DNA of 64,000 bases, from the NCBI GenBank assembly GCA_050258815.1, contig JBLMZM010000361.1, positions 15,846-79,845 of the forward strand, read 5' to 3'. The notes under the pieces were generated by a model. The model was not told where the DNA came from. It saw only the letters and a program-made list of their open reading frames with translations, and did not search any database. Position numbers and translations under genes: made by a program. This DNA comes from Ignavibacteriales bacterium (GTDB lineage Bacteria > Bacteroidota > Ignavibacteria > Ignavibacteriales > SURF-24). Below, in pieces: positions 16,111 to 25,752 of this stretch. Within the stretch, counting starts at the first letter, position 1, and each line of letters starts with the position of its first letter.

Positions 16111-18045
16111 ATGAAAATTAAAAGGATAAAGGACTGGAGTATATTTTCCAAGATCCTTAGTTTCAGCGTCTTGTTTTCTGTGTGTCTGGCAGTTGCCTTT
16201 GAACTGTACTTTCTTCCGAAGATAGAAGAAAACATCTATTATAATAAAAAAGACGGTTTAAAAAATGTGCTGGATGCCACCTGCTCAATACTGGAAAATC
16301 TGCAGAATAAGGTGGATAAGGGTGAACTGACACTGGATTCGGCTAAAGCCATAGCATTTAATACCATTCAGAATACGAAATTCCATGAGAAGGATTACCT
16401 TTTTGTAAATGATCTCGATGGATATTGCAGGGTATCGCGCAATTCAGCCAATGTGGGCAAATTTGTGGGCAATGATCATGACGACAAGGGTAATTACACG
16501 CACAAGATCTGGAGCCAGATATGTGAGGAAAAGGGAAGCGGCTCTGCCATATTCTACTATAAAAAAGAAGAAGGAATGGTCTCGAAACTCTATTGTTTTG
16601 AACTTTTCCGTCCCTGGCGCTGGGTTATTATCAATGGGATGCTTATAAAGGATATTCAGGTTGAAGTATCTGCAATCAGAACTGATTTTAATATTGCACT
16701 CGGACTCATGACGCTTCTGTTTTTAATAGCAGGTTATTTCTCTGCCAGGAATATTTCCAAACCGATCAAGCTCCTGGCGCAGGGGGCTGAAAAGGTATCC
16801 CACGGTGATTACAGTGTTTCTATTGACATCAGCACGCGCAATGAAACTGGCAACCTGGCTGAAACGTTTAATCTGATGGTAGGAAATATAAGCAGGCTCA
16901 TTGAGCAGTTTAAGCAGAAAAACGAAGAAGCTGAGTCGGCAGCTTTGCAGGCCAGGAAGGCAAAAGCAGTTGCCGAAGAACAGAGCAAGTACCTGGAAGA
17001 AAGCACAAATAAAATGCTGCAGGCCATTGAAAGACTCTCCGGGGGGGATCTCACGGTTTCTCTTAAGGCTGAGAGGAATGACGACGTGGGCAGACTTTTT
17101 AACGGCTTCAACAAGGCCATCAGCCAAATACGCCAGATGTTCGAGAATATTATGGAAGCCGTCTCAGCAACTGCAAGTGCCAGCAATGAGATTTCCTCAA
17201 GTACCGAGGAAATGGCGGCAGGAGCCAGCCAGCAGAGCATGCAGGCAGGTGAAGTTGCCGGAGCAGTGGAAGAGATGACAAGGACAATATTTGCAAATAC
17301 AGAAAATGCCCGGATTGCGGCCGAATCTGCAAAGGAAAATGGGAAAAACGCCAAACAGGGCGGAAATATAGTAATTGAGACCATAAACGGCATGAACAGG
17401 ATTGCTGAGGTCGTTCTCAGTGCTGCCACTACGGTTGAACAACTGGGTGCCAGCAGCAACCAGATCGGAGAGATCATACAGGTAATTGATGACATTGCCG
17501 ACCAGACCAACTTGCTTGCACTAAATGCTGCAATTGAAGCAGCCAGAGCAGGCGAACAGGGCCGCGGCTTTGCCGTTGTGGCAGATGAGGTGCGCAAGCT
17601 TGCCGAACGTACTACCAAGGCAACGAAAGAAATTGCAGACATGATCAAAAAGATACAGAATGACACGATCCTCGCAGTAAATTCCATTAAGCAGGGTACC
17701 AATGAGGTGGAGAAGGGAAAACATCTGGCAGAAAAAGCTGGTGAATCACTGAGTGAGATAATCCAGGGTACTGAAAAAGGAGCCGAATTGATCAAACAAC
17801 TGGCTGAAGCCAGCGAACAGCAGGCAAGCACCAGTGAGGAGATGAGTAAAAATATTGAAGGCATCAGCACAACAATACAGCAGTCTTCTTCCGGCATCAG
17901 GGAAATTGCCAGGGCTTCGGAGGATTTAAACCGCCTTACGGTTAACCTGCAGGAACTGATATCCAGATTTAAGATCGCCGAAAAAACAGGCATTAAAGCT
18001 GCCTCAGATTATCAGGCAGGAATCAGAAAGCATATAAATGTATAA
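16111..18045 (+). CDS. Methyl-accepting chemotaxis protein (Cache sensor, 2 TM, two HAMP domains, signalling domain)
   Basis: [40 protein letters not shown] hairpin tip; DYLFVND...[18 protein letters not shown] Cache-like domain; HAMP segments GDYSV...[11 protein letters not shown] and GDLTV...[11 protein letters not shown]. Confidence 0.95.
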   Translation: MKIKRIKDWSIFSKILSFSVLFSVCLAVAFELYFLPKIEENIYYNKKDGLKNVLDATCSILENLQNKVDKGELTLDSAKAIAFNTIQNTKFHEKDYLFVNDLDGYCRVSRNSANVGKFVGNDHDDKGNYTHKIWSQICEEKGSGSAIFYYKKEEGMVSKLYCFELFRPWRWVIINGMLIKDIQVEVSAIRTDFNIALGLMTLLFLIAGYFSARNISKPIKLLAQGAEKVSHGDYSVSIDISTRNETGNLAETFNLMVGNISRLIEQFKQKNEEAESAALQARKAKAVAEEQSKYLEESTNKMLQAIERLSGGDLTVSLKAERNDDVGRLFNGFNKAISQIRQMFENIMEAVSATASASNEISSSTEEMAAGASQQSMQAGEVAGAVEEMTRTIFANTENARIAAESAKENGKNAKQGGNIVIETINGMNRIAEVVLSAATTVEQLGASSNQIGEIIQVIDDIADQTNLLALNAAIEAARAGEQGRGFAVVADEVRKLAERTTKATKEIADMIKKIQNDTILAVNSIKQGTNEVEKGKHLAEKAGESLSEIIQGTEKGAELIKQLAEASEQQASTSEEMSKNIEGISTTIQQSSSGIREIARASEDLNRLTVNLQELISRFKIAEKTGIKAASDYQAGIRKHINV

Positions 18046-18109
18046 CTGAGAGAGAGTATTGGTAAGTACTGAAGTCAGCAGAGTTTTATTAAGGTACACT
18101 GTTAAAAAC

Positions 18110-18144
18110 AAAGGCTGCGTTAAACAAATAACGCAGCCTTTTTT
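18110..18144. terminator. Bidirectional intrinsic terminator
   Basis: aaaggctgcgtta...taacgcagcctttttt perfect stem between convergent genes. Confidence 0.85.
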
Positions 18145-18171
18145 ATTATCCTTTAATTAGCACCGGGGTAT

Positions 18172-19950
18172 CTAGCCGCCCAGGGTTTCCCAGCCGCGCT
18201 TATTCATGTTGATATAAATAACCGTACCGAAAATAATACCAACCACCAGGAATATAACACCCATTACCGGGTCTCCAAGCAGTATCTTGCCGACACCAAA
18301 GAGAATGGCGTAAATCATTACGACGCCGCTGATCCAGTTCATAAGGTTAAACAACCCATCCTTCTGTGGAATGATATCCGTTGCCTGCTTGGCTATTGGT
18401 GTCCAGAAGGTTGCATTCGGACGTACCCTGCGGTAAAATGAAAGAAGAATGCTGTTGGGTTCCGGACTGGTCAAAAATGTAACTGCCAGCCAGACCGTAG
18501 TTGTTACGCCAACAGTGATCAGGAGCAGGTAAGCAAAGTCATTCGGGTTGTCCTCGCTCAGGTTAAAACCGAACTGAAGCACCAGTGAGGTAACGAAAGC
18601 CGCAGCCATTGCAGAAATTTCGCTCCATGCGTTAATCCTCCACCAGAACCAGCGCAGTATGTAAACAAGTCCCGTTCCGGCCCCGAGTGCCATCAGGAAC
18701 TTCCATGCCCCGGCGATGGAATCCATATAGAATGTGACTACAGCAGAAAGAATCATCAGAACCATAGTAACAACCTGTGAAAACTTCACGTAGTGCTTTT
18801 CGGATTTTTTTGGTATATATCTTCTGTATACGTCATTTACCAGGTAGCTGGCACCCCAGTTAAGCTGGGTTCCGATAGTAGACATATAAGCCGCAGCAAA
18901 TGCCGCAAGCATGAGTCCGCGGAAGTAAGCGGGCAGATCTGCCATAAGAATGCGGATGTAGCCAGATTCCGGATCCTTAATAAAGGCAGGATCATTATAG
19001 TAACGGGCAACAGCCACCAGTGCAACGATGATCCACGGCCAGGGGCGCAGGGCATAATGAGCCACATTGAACCATAAAGTTGCCAGAAGTGAATGCTTTT
19101 CGTTCTTTGCGCAGAAAATTCTTTGTGCTACGTAACCGCCGCCGCCGGGTTCAGCTCCGGGATACCAGGATGCCCACCAGTTGACGGCAATAAAAACAAA
19201 AAACGTTATGAGCGGCATCCACGTTGAATTCAGGTCCGGCACCAGTGAAAGAATAGAGCTGGACGGGTCGCGCTGCTGGTCAATTGTGTGCAGTTTTGTA
19301 ATGAGTGAACTCATACCGCCCGAAGCGCTTACGGCATAAACGGCAAGCAGTATAACCATACCCATTTTAAGCACAAACTGAAATAAATCTGTCCACAGTA
19401 CCCCCCACAGTCCTGAGAGTGTGGATATGGAAGCCGTGATGAACATAATAACAATTGCAAATATAAGTGCTTCGATTTTGGAAATGCCGAGTACGGACAT
19501 CATGATTTTTACAATTGCAAGGTTTACCCATCCCATGATTATAAGGTTAATGGGGAGTCCTAAGTAAATAGCACGGAATATACGCAGGAAAGCCGCAGGT
19601 TTTCCGCTGTAGCGGATCTCTGCGAACTCCACGTCTGTAAGCACACCGGCACGGCGCCAGAGCTTGGCATAGAAAAATACGGTCAAAATTCCGCTGAAAA
19701 CCATGCTCCACCAGATCCAGTTGCCAGCAATACCGTTTTTGGCAACGAGTCCGGTAACAACAAGAGGAGTATCAGCGGCAAACGTGGTGGCAACCATCGA
19801 GGTTCCGGCCAGCCACCAACTGACGTTTCTGCCGGAAATGAAGAAGTCGCTCACGCTTTGAGTGGCCCTCTTGCGAAGATAAAGAGCCACACCTAAGTTA
19901 AACAGGAAGTATAATGCAATGACTATCCAGTCAACAATATTAAGCTGCAT
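18172..19950 (-). CDS. Sodium:solute symporter (SSS/SLC5 family)
   Basis: DFFISGRNVSWWLAGTSMVATTFAADTP, GLWGVLWTDLFQF, AAYMSTIGTQLNWGASYLVND; many TM helices. Confidence 0.92.
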   Translation of the reverse strand: MQLNIVDWIVIALYFLFNLGVALYLRKRATQSVSDFFISGRNVSWWLAGTSMVATTFAADTPLVVTGLVAKNGIAGNWIWWSMVFSGILTVFFYAKLWRRAGVLTDVEFAEIRYSGKPAAFLRIFRAIYLGLPINLIIMGWVNLAIVKIMMSVLGISKIEALIFAIVIMFITASISTLSGLWGVLWTDLFQFVLKMGMVILLAVYAVSASGGMSSLITKLHTIDQQRDPSSSILSLVPDLNSTWMPLITFFVFIAVNWWASWYPGAEPGGGGYVAQRIFCAKNEKHSLLATLWFNVAHYALRPWPWIIVALVAVARYYNDPAFIKDPESGYIRILMADLPAYFRGLMLAAFAAAYMSTIGTQLNWGASYLVNDVYRRYIPKKSEKHYVKFSQVVTMVLMILSAVVTFYMDSIAGAWKFLMALGAGTGLVYILRWFWWRINAWSEISAMAAAFVTSLVLQFGFNLSEDNPNDFAYLLLITVGVTTTVWLAVTFLTSPEPNSILLSFYRRVRPNATFWTPIAKQATDIIPQKDGLFNLMNWISGVVMIYAILFGVGKILLGDPVMGVIFLVVGIIFGTVIYINMNKRGWETLGG

Positions 19951-20179
19951 TTAAGAGTCTCCAGTTTTAGTTATTTAACAAATCAGTAAATCTTTAAAAA
20001 CAAACAGATAATCAGATCCTAATGTTTCGAGTGCAAAGTTAAATAATTATATAGAATAAACAAAAACAGGTAATGCCATTAAAAGCAAAAGATTTTTATA
20101 AAAAAAGATCTTGACATTAAGCTTTGTAAGCTATTGAAGCAGCTTCCCGGATGCACACAACTCCAATGAGTAATTGAGC

Positions 20180-21241
20180 CTATTTCTTAATAAAGTCAGA
20201 GGCTTTTACCCGGGGGGCCATGTATCTTCGCCAGTATTTTGTAAGAGATGAAAACGTAAAGAAATTGTTTATTGCGCGGTTTTGAATTATCCGGTACAGG
20301 AGTCTGTAGGCTACAAAAAAGAATAAAATCTGAAAACTCCAGCCCGCCAGGTCAAATATAATAGAATAGAGAAAACCCCTGCCGGGAAAAATTGTGCTGG
20401 TAAGAACTGCCGTAATCCATAATGAATATGGTATAAAGGAGAGTATAATAAAGGAAATTATTACGAAACCGTGTGCTGCCTGGATGGATTTTTTTGGACA
20501 AATATTCATGCAGCGCATACAGCTCTCGCACCTGAATGACCAGTAGGGGCGGCCGTTGATGATGTGTACGGCCTGAACGGGGCATTTTTCCTCGCACAGC
20601 CTGCAGTCATTGCAAGTGCTGGAAGCAATAAAGGTTTTAGCAAGTATGAAGCGCCCAAATAGTGAGTATGCTACCGCAATTGGAACTAATGCTAAGTCAA
20701 CTGGCAGCCAGAATAGACCCCTGCAGGTCCGTTTACCCTCCAGGATTTTCCCGGCAAAACTATCCACGATACCCTTGCATCTGTTAATAATGAGGCTGAT
20801 GGTTTTGGTGTTTAAGCCCGGGTGGAGTGAAATCCAGCTTGAGGGCATATCCAGCGGCTGCAGGCCTTTTATCTTAAAGCCTTTAAGGAAAAGTATCAGC
20901 ATAGGCAGCAAAAGAGCCATACCGCTCAGTCCCGGTGTAAACCACCTGCCAATTTTAAGACCGCCCCTGGTATTGAGAAGAAATGCGTCTGTGGCCTTTG
21001 TGCTGTGAAGATTTAACATGAATCTGAGCATAATCCAGGGCAGACTAAAGCCGTGTGTAGGATAGAGAAATCCGGTAATTGTGGCCTCAGCTGTCTGCTT
21101 CAGAGGCGGTTTATCCAGTCTGTCGACTGGAATCATCTGCACTTTGATGCCCCTTGTCTCTGCCTGAGCCGTGATCCACCTTGCGGCCGTAAGGGCGTTA
21201 CCCGTTCCGCTGAAATAATATATGATAAGGTTTCTATACAT
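20180..21241 (-). CDS. EFR1-family flavodoxin-fold / 2x[4Fe-4S] ferredoxin protein
   Basis: N-terminal IYYFSGTGN, GFLYPTHGF, and two CxxCxxCxxxCP motifs (CNDCRLCEEKCP, CESCMRCMNICP); hydrophobic C-terminus. The ORF extends to 21259. Confidence 0.85.
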   Translation of the reverse strand: MYRNLIIYYFSGTGNALTAARWITAQAETRGIKVQMIPVDRLDKPPLKQTAEATITGFLYPTHGFSLPWIMLRFMLNLHSTKATDAFLLNTRGGLKIGRWFTPGLSGMALLLPMLILFLKGFKIKGLQPLDMPSSWISLHPGLNTKTISLIINRCKGIVDSFAGKILEGKRTCRGLFWLPVDLALVPIAVAYSLFGRFILAKTFIASSTCNDCRLCEEKCPVQAVHIINGRPYWSFRCESCMRCMNICPKKSIQAAHGFVIISFIILSFIPYSLWITAVLTSTIFPGRGFLYSIIFDLAGWSFQILFFFVAYRLLYRIIQNRAINNFFTFSSLTKYWRRYMAPRVKASDFIKK

Positions 21242-21340
21242 ACTATGGGTCTGAAACAATGGATGAAAACCATGATTGCAATTTATATAATCCAGTGCTT
21301 AAGGGCAAAGTCAATCCTGATCCGTGCGCAACACTAAGCC

Positions 21341-22378
21341 TCAGTACCCCGGAGGATATATTATATCCTGAACAGACAAATAGCCGAATGACTGAAGGTA
21401 ACTTTTATCAAATTGCATGTAATTACTTAAAGTAGCCATTGAACCGAAAATTCCAATGCCACCGGAAATGTTTGAATAATAGGTTTCATCCAGGCGTATG
21501 GAATATTTATCACTTAAGCCACTTGTACTTGAATAGTATTTGGAAAGGGCATCATCATATTCCATCAGCTGAAAAGTTAAATTATCTACATAATAATTCT
21601 CTTTATTTGCGTCTCCGTCAGATAAATGCGTAAGGACAGAATCAAAACATGCAAATCTGAATGAAAGTGATTCGTCGGTTGTAAATTGCGGAGAATAAAC
21701 GGGTATATATCCGTTATCTTTTTTTATGTAATCGAGGGGCATGGGCTTTGAATATGATTTGTAAATTATCTTTCCATTTACAATTTCCTTTTTTACATAA
21801 TTTACAGAGAGCCTGGGGAAGTAAACGTGTCTCTCACGCACCTGTTTTCCCCAGTCTATGTTAATGTATCCGATATCCCACAATATTTTGTATATCTTAT
21901 TAGTGATGCCATGCGGAAAATTATAGGAAAATCCCGGATTCGGGTAGATGGGAATCCTGGTCTCTGCCGAAAGCGTTCTGCCGTCAGGAAGCGTAGCCGC
22001 GATTTTTACCCTTTCATTGTTGCCGGGAGCCAGTATGCAAAAATAATAACTCTGAGGTATGTGGCCCGGATCGCTATTGATTATAGTCGTATCCTTCATC
22101 GGGTATTCGATATTGTTTTTAATCAGCACAACCTTTGCCCCGGCTATGGACGGGTCATTGCTGTTAAGATTTGGATTATACCCGTTTACATCGTAAGAAC
22201 GGCTGATTACCACCCTCTGCATTAATTTAGTAGGGGCTCCCAGGGTGTAGGACGATCTAATGACGCTAAAGAGAATATATGTATCTTTTAACGGGGCTTT
22301 GGGATTGAAATCCTCCTCGCATGAAATCCCCAGTAATGCAGCGGCTAATATGGATGCAAATATTAATATTCTTTTCAT
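21341..22378 (-). CDS. DUF4249-like outer-membrane lipoprotein, partner of the TonB-dependent receptor
   Basis: Lipobox LGISC-EEDFNP; C-terminal YSNISGGIGIFGS; 4-bp overlap (ATGA) with the receptor gene. Confidence 0.75.
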   Translation of the reverse strand: MKRILIFASILAAALLGISCEEDFNPKAPLKDTYILFSVIRSSYTLGAPTKLMQRVVISRSYDVNGYNPNLNSNDPSIAGAKVVLIKNNIEYPMKDTTIINSDPGHIPQSYYFCILAPGNNERVKIAATLPDGRTLSAETRIPIYPNPGFSYNFPHGITNKIYKILWDIGYINIDWGKQVRERHVYFPRLSVNYVKKEIVNGKIIYKSYSKPMPLDYIKKDNGYIPVYSPQFTTDESLSFRFACFDSVLTHLSDGDANKENYYVDNLTFQLMEYDDALSKYYSSTSGLSDKYSIRLDETYYSNISGGIGIFGSMATLSNYMQFDKSYLQSFGYLSVQDIIYPPGY

Positions 22379-24618
22379 AGTTCGGCTTTGATTGAAAATG
22401 ATGGTAAAAATGGAAGCATATATACTTTCCTGCCTGTGTCACGGTCCAGATAAAAAATATTTTTTCTGTCGTAGACGTTCAGGGCGCTTACGCTGGTCTC
22501 GAAATTAAAGGGACCTATGGAAAAATTCTTGGTAATGCCAAGGTCAAGCCTGTGATAGTAAGGCAGGCGCTTAATATTATCCCTTTCCCACATTGTAATT
22601 GCCTTGTAGGCCTGCAGCTCATAGCCCGTAAGCCAGGGGTTCTGTATCTGCATCGTATTATAGAAGCCCGAGATGGGATAAAAGGGCATGCCTGAATTAA
22701 ATGTCCAGGTAACATTGAAGTACCACTCAGCACCCAGGTTCAGGTTGGCTAGAATATTTGCCGAGTGCCGCACATCATAGCGGGGGAAGTATCTTCCCTT
22801 GTCGCCAATTTTATATGACCAGCTCAGTGTATAGGACGCTTTCATGAACAGGCTGGCCGACTGATATTTGAGGAGCGATTCCAGGCCATAGGATTCACCC
22901 TCCACATTAATATAGTCGGGATCTGTGGGCATAAACTTCTTTCTGTTTATTTCTGTCAGATTAGTCAGCGATTTATAGTATGTTTCCATTTCAAGGGAAA
23001 AATTTTCATTCAGGTACGTTTCTAGTCCGGCACTCAGTTGAGTAGCCTCGGCTGCTGCTACATTATCGGGGATGATTGTCCATGGTTCAAAAATAGAGAT
23101 CAGTTCTGTCTCATCAGAGAGCGTTGTAATTTCCTGTGAATGCCTGCTGACTGAAGCCTTCAGCGACAGCAGGGGATTTGGCCTGTAGGTAATACTCAGG
23201 CGCGGTTCAAGCAAAAAGGGTCTCAGCTTTGCAATTGAAATGAAATTTACCCTCATGCCGAGATTCAGGCCTATGGTTTCATACCTGTAAAACTTATAAT
23301 TACAGTAGCCGCTCATTTCGTGTCCCTGCTTACTGAATTCTGTACGCATCAGATAAGTATTTTCCATATTCAGTTTTGTACTCAGATACTTATTTATAAG
23401 GCCGAATGCCAGTTCATCCTTGCTGTCATATATGTATGTGAAATTCCAGTTGGTAGATAAGTCGCGGACTTTATTATCCCGGCTCTTGGTCTTGCTGAGG
23501 TTTGGGAGGACTTCCGCCTGAAAAGTACTCGATGAGAATGAAATGAATGAATAAAGCGGGCTTGCCCAAATCTGGTACCAGTTAAGGCCTATAATATTAT
23601 TAGTAAGATTATAGTCTGCCCTGTCGGGGTCGTTGTTATTAATCCTGTCACCCGTAAAAAAACCGTGTAATACAAATTTCCCGTTTTTCAGCAGGGAGGG
23701 ATCTGCAAAGTTTACTTTATAGGAGAGGTCATAAAAATCAAACGGTGCATCCTGGCCATTAAGGTATTTATTGAGGACTTTTGTGTAGTAGCTTTTTCTG
23801 CCTGTAAAAAGGAATGAGCCCCAGGGTATCGGGCCCTCGAAGGAAGCCTTTCCGGAGAGCAGCCCGGCAGTAGCAGTTGTCCTGAAGTTATTCCTGTTGC
23901 CGTCCTTTGTTACAACATTCAGCACGGAGGAGAGTCTTTCTCCAAATTCAGGTCCGAATCCTCCCTTATAGAATTCAGCCATTGAGATCATGTCGGGATC
24001 AATAACGCTGTAGATGCCGAGTGCATGGAAAGGATTATAAATTATTACATCATTTAATATGACCAGGTTCTGGTTGCTTGTGCCGCCCCTGACATAATAT
24101 CTGGCCGTAACGTCCCCTGTTGCACTTACTCCGGGAGCTGTCTGCAAAACCTTGAATATGTCAGCTTCAAATCCCCCGGGAAGCGATGTTATATCGCCTG
24201 TGGAAATCTTATCCAGTCCCAGGTCCGTCTCGTTGACGCGGACCGATTTTTCTCCTATAACAGACACCTCCCGCATTCTTATAGAAGTAGGCACCAGTTT
24301 AATATCCAGCTGAAAGATTCCATTTCCGGTAATGGCAACCTGCTGCTCTCTGGTCTGGAATCCGATGTAAGATACGACCACTGTATAGCTGCCCGCAGGA
24401 ATTGAGGGTATGAAATAGTAGCCTCTGTTATTGGTAGTTGTGCCAAGGGTGGTTCCTTTCAGGAAAACGCTGGCATAGCCTATAACCTCACCGCTAGTTG
24501 AGTCGGTTACAAAACCCCTGAGTTTTCCTTTCTCAATGGCAAAAGTAGTGGTGGAACCAAAGGCGGAGATTATTATAATTAAGAGAATGAGAGGAGAAAA
24601 CAGACGAAGTAATTTCAT
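22375..24618 (-). CDS. TonB-dependent receptor with N-terminal carboxypeptidase-regulatory-like domain
   Basis: GKLRGFVTDSTSGE...GTTTNNRGYY...VSYIGF; plug region PGV...YVRGG...QNLVILND...IYNPFH, KGGFGPEFGERLSSV; barrel end RLPYYHRLD...LNVYDRKN. Confidence 0.9.
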   Translation of the reverse strand: MKLLRLFSPLILLIIIISAFGSTTTFAIEKGKLRGFVTDSTSGEVIGYASVFLKGTTLGTTTNNRGYYFIPSIPAGSYTVVVSYIGFQTREQQVAITGNGIFQLDIKLVPTSIRMREVSVIGEKSVRVNETDLGLDKISTGDITSLPGGFEADIFKVLQTAPGVSATGDVTARYYVRGGTSNQNLVILNDVIIYNPFHALGIYSVIDPDMISMAEFYKGGFGPEFGERLSSVLNVVTKDGNRNNFRTTATAGLLSGKASFEGPIPWGSFLFTGRKSYYTKVLNKYLNGQDAPFDFYDLSYKVNFADPSLLKNGKFVLHGFFTGDRINNNDPDRADYNLTNNIIGLNWYQIWASPLYSFISFSSSTFQAEVLPNLSKTKSRDNKVRDLSTNWNFTYIYDSKDELAFGLINKYLSTKLNMENTYLMRTEFSKQGHEMSGYCNYKFYRYETIGLNLGMRVNFISIAKLRPFLLEPRLSITYRPNPLLSLKASVSRHSQEITTLSDETELISIFEPWTIIPDNVAAAEATQLSAGLETYLNENFSLEMETYYKSLTNLTEINRKKFMPTDPDYINVEGESYGLESLLKYQSASLFMKASYTLSWSYKIGDKGRYFPRYDVRHSANILANLNLGAEWYFNVTWTFNSGMPFYPISGFYNTMQIQNPWLTGYELQAYKAITMWERDNIKRLPYYHRLDLGITKNFSIGPFNFETSVSALNVYDRKNIFYLDRDTGRKVYMLPFLPSFSIKAEL

Positions 24619-24790
24619 TATTGAATCCGATATTAAAATGGTTCTGCCTGAGAATTATTACCGAACAGGAACAACGCTTACCAGATCTTGAATGAACGCA
24701 TGGGGATAAAAGCCAACGGAGAAGTTAGGGAATCTGGAATAAAATAGCAACAGTACAGGAGACTGATGTCCAGTTTTTTATACGGCGCAA

Positions 24791-24883
24791 GTACAATTGA
24801 TTGTACAATTATGGAATGAAATCCCTCCTCAAAGAGGAATTATATTAAAATACGCTGCCTGGTAACGGGGCATGGATTTTGCT
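24791..24883 (+). promoter_or_regulatory. Probable sigma54 promoter (24869-24882) with upstream inverted repeat (24791-24806)
   Basis: gGGCATGGATTTTGCt matches GGCA-N6-TTGC with correct spacing, 35 bp before ATG 24917; perfect dyad GTACAAT-tg-ATTGTAC lies about 65-80 bp upstream. Confidence 0.55.
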
Positions 24884-24916
24884 CTCAATACGTAAAAAAT
24901 CAACTACGGGGGGAAA

Positions 24917-25672
24917 ATGCCTGTCAAATTAAAACGATCTATTTTATTATGCATTATCTTATTATCCTTCCTGCAGTTTAATTGCGGGAAAACGCCGGTC
25001 TACAGGGTAGTACCCGTGGGTCAGCTTTCAGAATGGGATTTTGGCCGTGAGGTCGTAAGCAGTCAGGACAGCCTGGGTAAAGTCACTTTAAGTTTTGAAG
25101 CAGTCAGGGATAACTACTACGTTTTTTATCTGAATTATCAGAACTTTGGGCACAATTCCGTTTTGCTGGATCCGGCAGAGATATATTATACCAGTTACAG
25201 GGACAGTATAGACGGGAATCTTTCGGCCTCCGGCAGGGGGGCGAGGATTAGCGCAGTAGATCCGGAGCTGACGCTGCTTGGAATTGAAAGAAGAAAGAAC
25301 GATCTCGAAGCTTCTGAAGGCACCAGGCTTGGGGTCAATGCTGTAGTTGGGACAATAGACCTGGTTGCAGCCATTGCTACAATTGGTAAGAAGCGGTCCA
25401 GCGAGGAGGTAAAGAAGGAGGAGAATGAAAGGGAGCAAAGAAGGATTTCGGAGGCAAACGCAAGGATAGAATACGAGAACAATATGGCAAAGATGAGCAA
25501 TGAAAAAGATTACTGGCAGAACGAAGTGCTGCGGAAAGTTACCGTGCATCCAGATGAAAAAGAGGGGGGATACTTTCATCTGCCAATAAATAAAAAAGCC
25601 GGACTTTTAAGGCTTGTGGTGCCGGTGGACAGTTCTCTTTATTACTTTGACTACAGGCAGCTTAAACTATAG
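24917..25672 (+). CDS. Hypothetical lipoprotein
   Basis: 251 aa; signal peptide ending QFNC; central hydrophobic Gly/Ala hairpin followed by a charged coiled coil; YWQNEVLRKVTVHP. Confidence 0.75.
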   Translation: MPVKLKRSILLCIILLSFLQFNCGKTPVYRVVPVGQLSEWDFGREVVSSQDSLGKVTLSFEAVRDNYYVFYLNYQNFGHNSVLLDPAEIYYTSYRDSIDGNLSASGRGARISAVDPELTLLGIERRKNDLEASEGTRLGVNAVVGTIDLVAAIATIGKKRSSEEVKKEENEREQRRISEANARIEYENNMAKMSNEKDYWQNEVLRKVTVHPDEKEGGYFHLPINKKAGLLRLVVPVDSSLYYFDYRQLKL

Positions 25673-25706
25673 CAGTCTCCAGCTGAGGCTTGAGCAAAGC
25701 ATAAAT

Positions 25707-25742
25707 AAAAGGGTAACACCTGAGGTTTCGGGGTTACCCTTT
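25707..25742. terminator. Probable bidirectional terminator
   Basis: aaaagggtaac...gttacccttt stem between convergent genes. Confidence 0.7.
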
Positions 25743-25752
25743 CCCGGAATAA

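Noticed and set aside
16809-17993. 394-aa minus-strand ORF
   Set aside because: Lies antisense to the chemoreceptor signalling domain; Ser/Ala-rich mirror translation with no motifs.
24619-24790. Cobalamin or TPP riboswitch upstream of the TonB-dependent receptor
   Set aside because: No B12-box or TPP consensus recognisable on the minus strand.
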